A DNA stretch of 48,578 nt from Bacillales bacterium UBA1709 (lineage in GTDB: Bacteria > Bacillota_I > Bacilli_A > RFN20 > UBA1709), in contig DCJD01000027.1 of assembly GCA_002317215.1 (NCBI GenBank), positions 1 through 48,578 on the forward strand. The letters are read 5' to 3'. This document shows positions 46,455-48,578 of this stretch, one piece after another. The notes under the pieces are model-generated. The model saw only the letters and a program-made list of their open reading frames with translations. It was not told the origin of the DNA and searched no databases. The position numbers were made by a program, and so were the translations under genes. Numbering within the stretch: position 1 is the first letter of the stretch; each line of letters begins with the position of its first letter.

Positions 46455-47557
46455 TGACTGAGCTTTATGAGATGATACAAGTAAGTGAATCATCTCTAAA
46501 GAAACTTAATGATTTAAAAGATTCACTTAACTTAACAAAATTAGAATTAGAAAACCAAAATATATCTGAATTAATGCTTTCAGATACTTTTTGGGATGAT
46601 GTTAAAAAAGCTGAATCTTTAGTTGCTAAACAAAACGAAAATAAATATAAGATTGAAACATATAACAAACTTGCCTCCTCAATCTCTTCTTTTAGACAAG
46701 GTCTAATAGATCTTAAATCAAATTATGATGAAGAGATGCATCTTTTATATGAGGAAGAGTATCATAATTTGATTAAGCAAATCGATAGATTTGAGATTGA
46801 GTGCTTACTAAATGATGAATATGATTCTTTAGATGCTATTATTGATATTCACCCAGGAGCTGGGGGAACTGAGAGTCAAGATTGGGCTAATATGCTATAT
46901 GGAATGTATGTTAGATTTGCCGAGAATAATAAATTTAAAATAGAAACATTAGATTTAGAACAAGCTTTAGATGCTGGTATTAAAAGTGTTTCTTTTGTAA
47001 TTAGAGGTAAGAATGCTTTTGGTTTATTAAAAGGAGAAAGAGGAGTTCATAGACTTGTAAGAATTTCACCTTTTGATGCTAATGCTAGAAGACATACAAG
47101 TTTTGCTAGTGTTGATGTGGTACCAGAGTTTAATAATGATGAATCTATAATTATTAATGAATCTGATTTAAAGATTGATACATATCGTGCTAGTGGAGCG
47201 GGTGGACAACATATTAATAAGACTGATAGTGCCGTTAGAATTACACATTTGCCAACTGGAATTGTGGTAAGTTGTCAAAATCAAAGAAGTCAAATTCAAA
47301 ATAAAGAAAAATGTTTAATGACTTTAAAAGCAAAACTATATCAAAAAGCTTTAATAGAGCAACAAAATAAACTAAACGATATTAGAGGAGAATTAAAGTC
47401 TATTGAATGGGGAAGCCAAATAAGATCTTATGTATTTTGTCCTTATACTCTTGTTAAAGATAATCGCTCTAATTATGAGACAAGTAATGTAGAAGGGATT
47501 ATGAATGGGAATATTAATGAGATGATTTTTGCATATCTTAAAAGTATTAAAAAGTAA
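46454..47557 (+). CDS. prfB: Peptide chain release factor 2, uninterrupted ORF
   Basis: GGTESQDW, SPF, GGQ and IRSYVFCPY; reads CTT AAC where the CTT TGA C frameshift site normally lies. Confidence 0.96.
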   Translation: MTELYEMIQVSESSLKKLNDLKDSLNLTKLELENQNISELMLSDTFWDDVKKAESLVAKQNENKYKIETYNKLASSISSFRQGLIDLKSNYDEEMHLLYEEEYHNLIKQIDRFEIECLLNDEYDSLDAIIDIHPGAGGTESQDWANMLYGMYVRFAENNKFKIETLDLEQALDAGIKSVSFVIRGKNAFGLLKGERGVHRLVRISPFDANARRHTSFASVDVVPEFNNDESIIINESDLKIDTYRASGAGGQHINKTDSAVRITHLPTGIVVSCQNQRSQIQNKEKCLMTLKAKLYQKALIEQQNKLNDIRGELKSIEWGSQIRSYVFCPYTLVKDNRSNYETSNVEGIMNGNINEMIFAYLKSIKK

Positions 47558-47559
47558 TT

Positions 47560-48578
47560 ATGTTATATGATTTAGTTAGTGACTTTAAACCATCTAAAGA
47601 TCAAAGACAAGCGATTGATAAATTGGTTAGTGGGGTTAAAGAAAATAAGAAATGTCAAGTATTACTAGGAGCAACTGGTACTGGTAAGACTTTTACTATG
47701 GCTAATGTTATTAATGAATTAGAAAGACCTGTTTTAATACTTACTCATAATAAAACTTTAGCCTCACAATTATATACTGAGTTTAAACAATTCTTCCCTC
47801 ATAATAGAGTAGAATACTTTATATCTAACTTTGATTTTTATCAACCAGAGGCATATATGCCTAAAACTGATACATATATTGAGAAAACAGCTGATACTAA
47901 TATGGAAATTGATTTAATGAGAAGTAGTGCTGTTAATTCTTGTTTAAGTAGAAGAGATACTATTGTTATTGCTAGTGTTGCTGCAATATATGCTTTAAAT
48001 GATCCAGAAGAATATTCTTCTTTACTATTCACTTTAAGAGTTGGTGAAAAGATTGAAAGAAATGAAATACTATCTAAATTAGTAGAAGCACAATTTAAGA
48101 GAACTAATTTAGATATTGAGCCTAAAACTTTTAGAGTTAGAGGAGATGTTATTGATATTGGTATTGCTATTTCTGGCAATCATTTTATAAGAATAGAATT
48201 ATTTGATGATGTAGTGGAAAGAATTGTAGAAATGGATGCCACCACTAATGAATTAATTCAAACATATACATATATTCCAATCTATCCTGCTGAAACTCAT
48301 GCATCAGGAAAAGAAGCTATTGATGAAGCAGTTAAGAATATATTAGAAGAGATGAATAAAAGAGTCTTATATTATAAGAATGAAAATAAACCATTAGAAG
48401 CAGAAAGAATTGAACAAAGAACCAGAAGAGATATGGAAGCTCTTAATGAGTTTGGTTTTTGTAGTGGAATAGAAAATTATTCAAAATGGATTGATGGAAG
48501 AGAAGAAGGAGAACCTCCTTATACTATCTTTGATTATTTTAAAGATAAAGATTATTTAGTTATTGTTGATGAATCACA
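47560..48578 (+). CDS. uvrB: Excinuclease ABC subunit B, runs off the window end (missing from the ORF track)
   Basis: MLYDLVSDFKPSKDQ, GATGTGKTFTMANV, HNKTLASQLY, SNFDFYQPEAY, CSGIENYS and VDES. Confidence 0.97.
   Translation, partial: MLYDLVSDFKPSKDQRQAIDKLVSGVKENKKCQVLLGATGTGKTFTMANVINELERPVLILTHNKTLASQLYTEFKQFFPHNRVEYFISNFDFYQPEAYMPKTDTYIEKTADTNMEIDLMRSSAVNSCLSRRDTIVIASVAAIYALNDPEEYSSLLFTLRVGEKIERNEILSKLVEAQFKRTNLDIEPKTFRVRGDVIDIGIAISGNHFIRIELFDDVVERIVEMDATTNELIQTYTYIPIYPAETHASGKEAIDEAVKNILEEMNKRVLYYKNENKPLEAERIEQRTRRDMEALNEFGFCSGIENYSKWIDGREEGEPPYTIFDYFKDKDYLVIVDES

Noticed and set aside
6403-46668. Many short nested or antisense ORFs in the track (e.g. 6403-6597, 8224-8424, 11304-11612, 13279-13503, 14918-15226, 18778-19038, 20385-20594, 29501-29749, 37820-38182, 46465-46668)
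   Set aside because: They lie within well-supported genes, have no SD or motifs, and show the Leu/Ser/Ile/Phe bias of shadow frames in AT-rich DNA.
47841-48179. 112-aa minus-strand ORF
   Set aside because: It is antisense to the clear uvrB frame, which the track missed because it has no stop in the window.
1-48578. tRNA, rRNA, CRISPR array, IS, integrase or prophage
   Set aside because: Intergenic gaps are short and explained by promoters and terminators. I saw no cloverleaf, repeat-spacer array or recombinase motif by eye, and no scan was run.

Overview
Chromosomal window from a very AT-rich (roughly one quarter G+C by eye), apparently reduced-genome member of Bacilli/Mollicutes-related lineages. 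It uses the standard code: TGG is Trp, TGA is a stop and RF2 is present. The exact lineage cannot be set without a phylogeny. I saw no tRNA, rRNA, CRISPR array, IS or prophage. Layout: (1) 1-13 kb, accessory lipid, amino-acid and secreted-protein genes: DegV with a YghO/bCerS-like double GNAT and a deaminase, dapL with a DAACS symporter, an ABC-2 exporter, a stand-alone E2-type acyltransferase, a secreted esterase with a pilin-like gene, yqeY and ywaF. (2) 13.2-24.3 kb, a self-contained tungsten island: mogA-moeA-moeA/PBP-moaA-moaC-MOSC, tupABC under a Moco/Wco riboswitch, and polyferredoxin-AOR-moaD-moeB. (3) 24.9-36 kb, the yybS-gdpP-rplI-dnaB-walJ-htrA-htrA*-rlmH block followed by a P1B-ATPase remnant and a membrane protein. 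(4) 36-48.6 kb, housekeeping: uvrA, lgt, ppaX, trxB-like, yigZ, a split comFA, comFC, csp, secA, prfB and a partial uvrB that the ORF track missed. Most notable: a Zn/Cd-type P1B pump whose whole ATPase engine is cleanly deleted while the membrane metal site is intact; a circularly permuted TupA; a riboswitch with a visible alternative hairpin; an active plus catalytically dead HtrA pair; comFA split by one base in Walker A; and repeated leaderless-type promoters. Family assignments come from motif recognition only, with no database searches.
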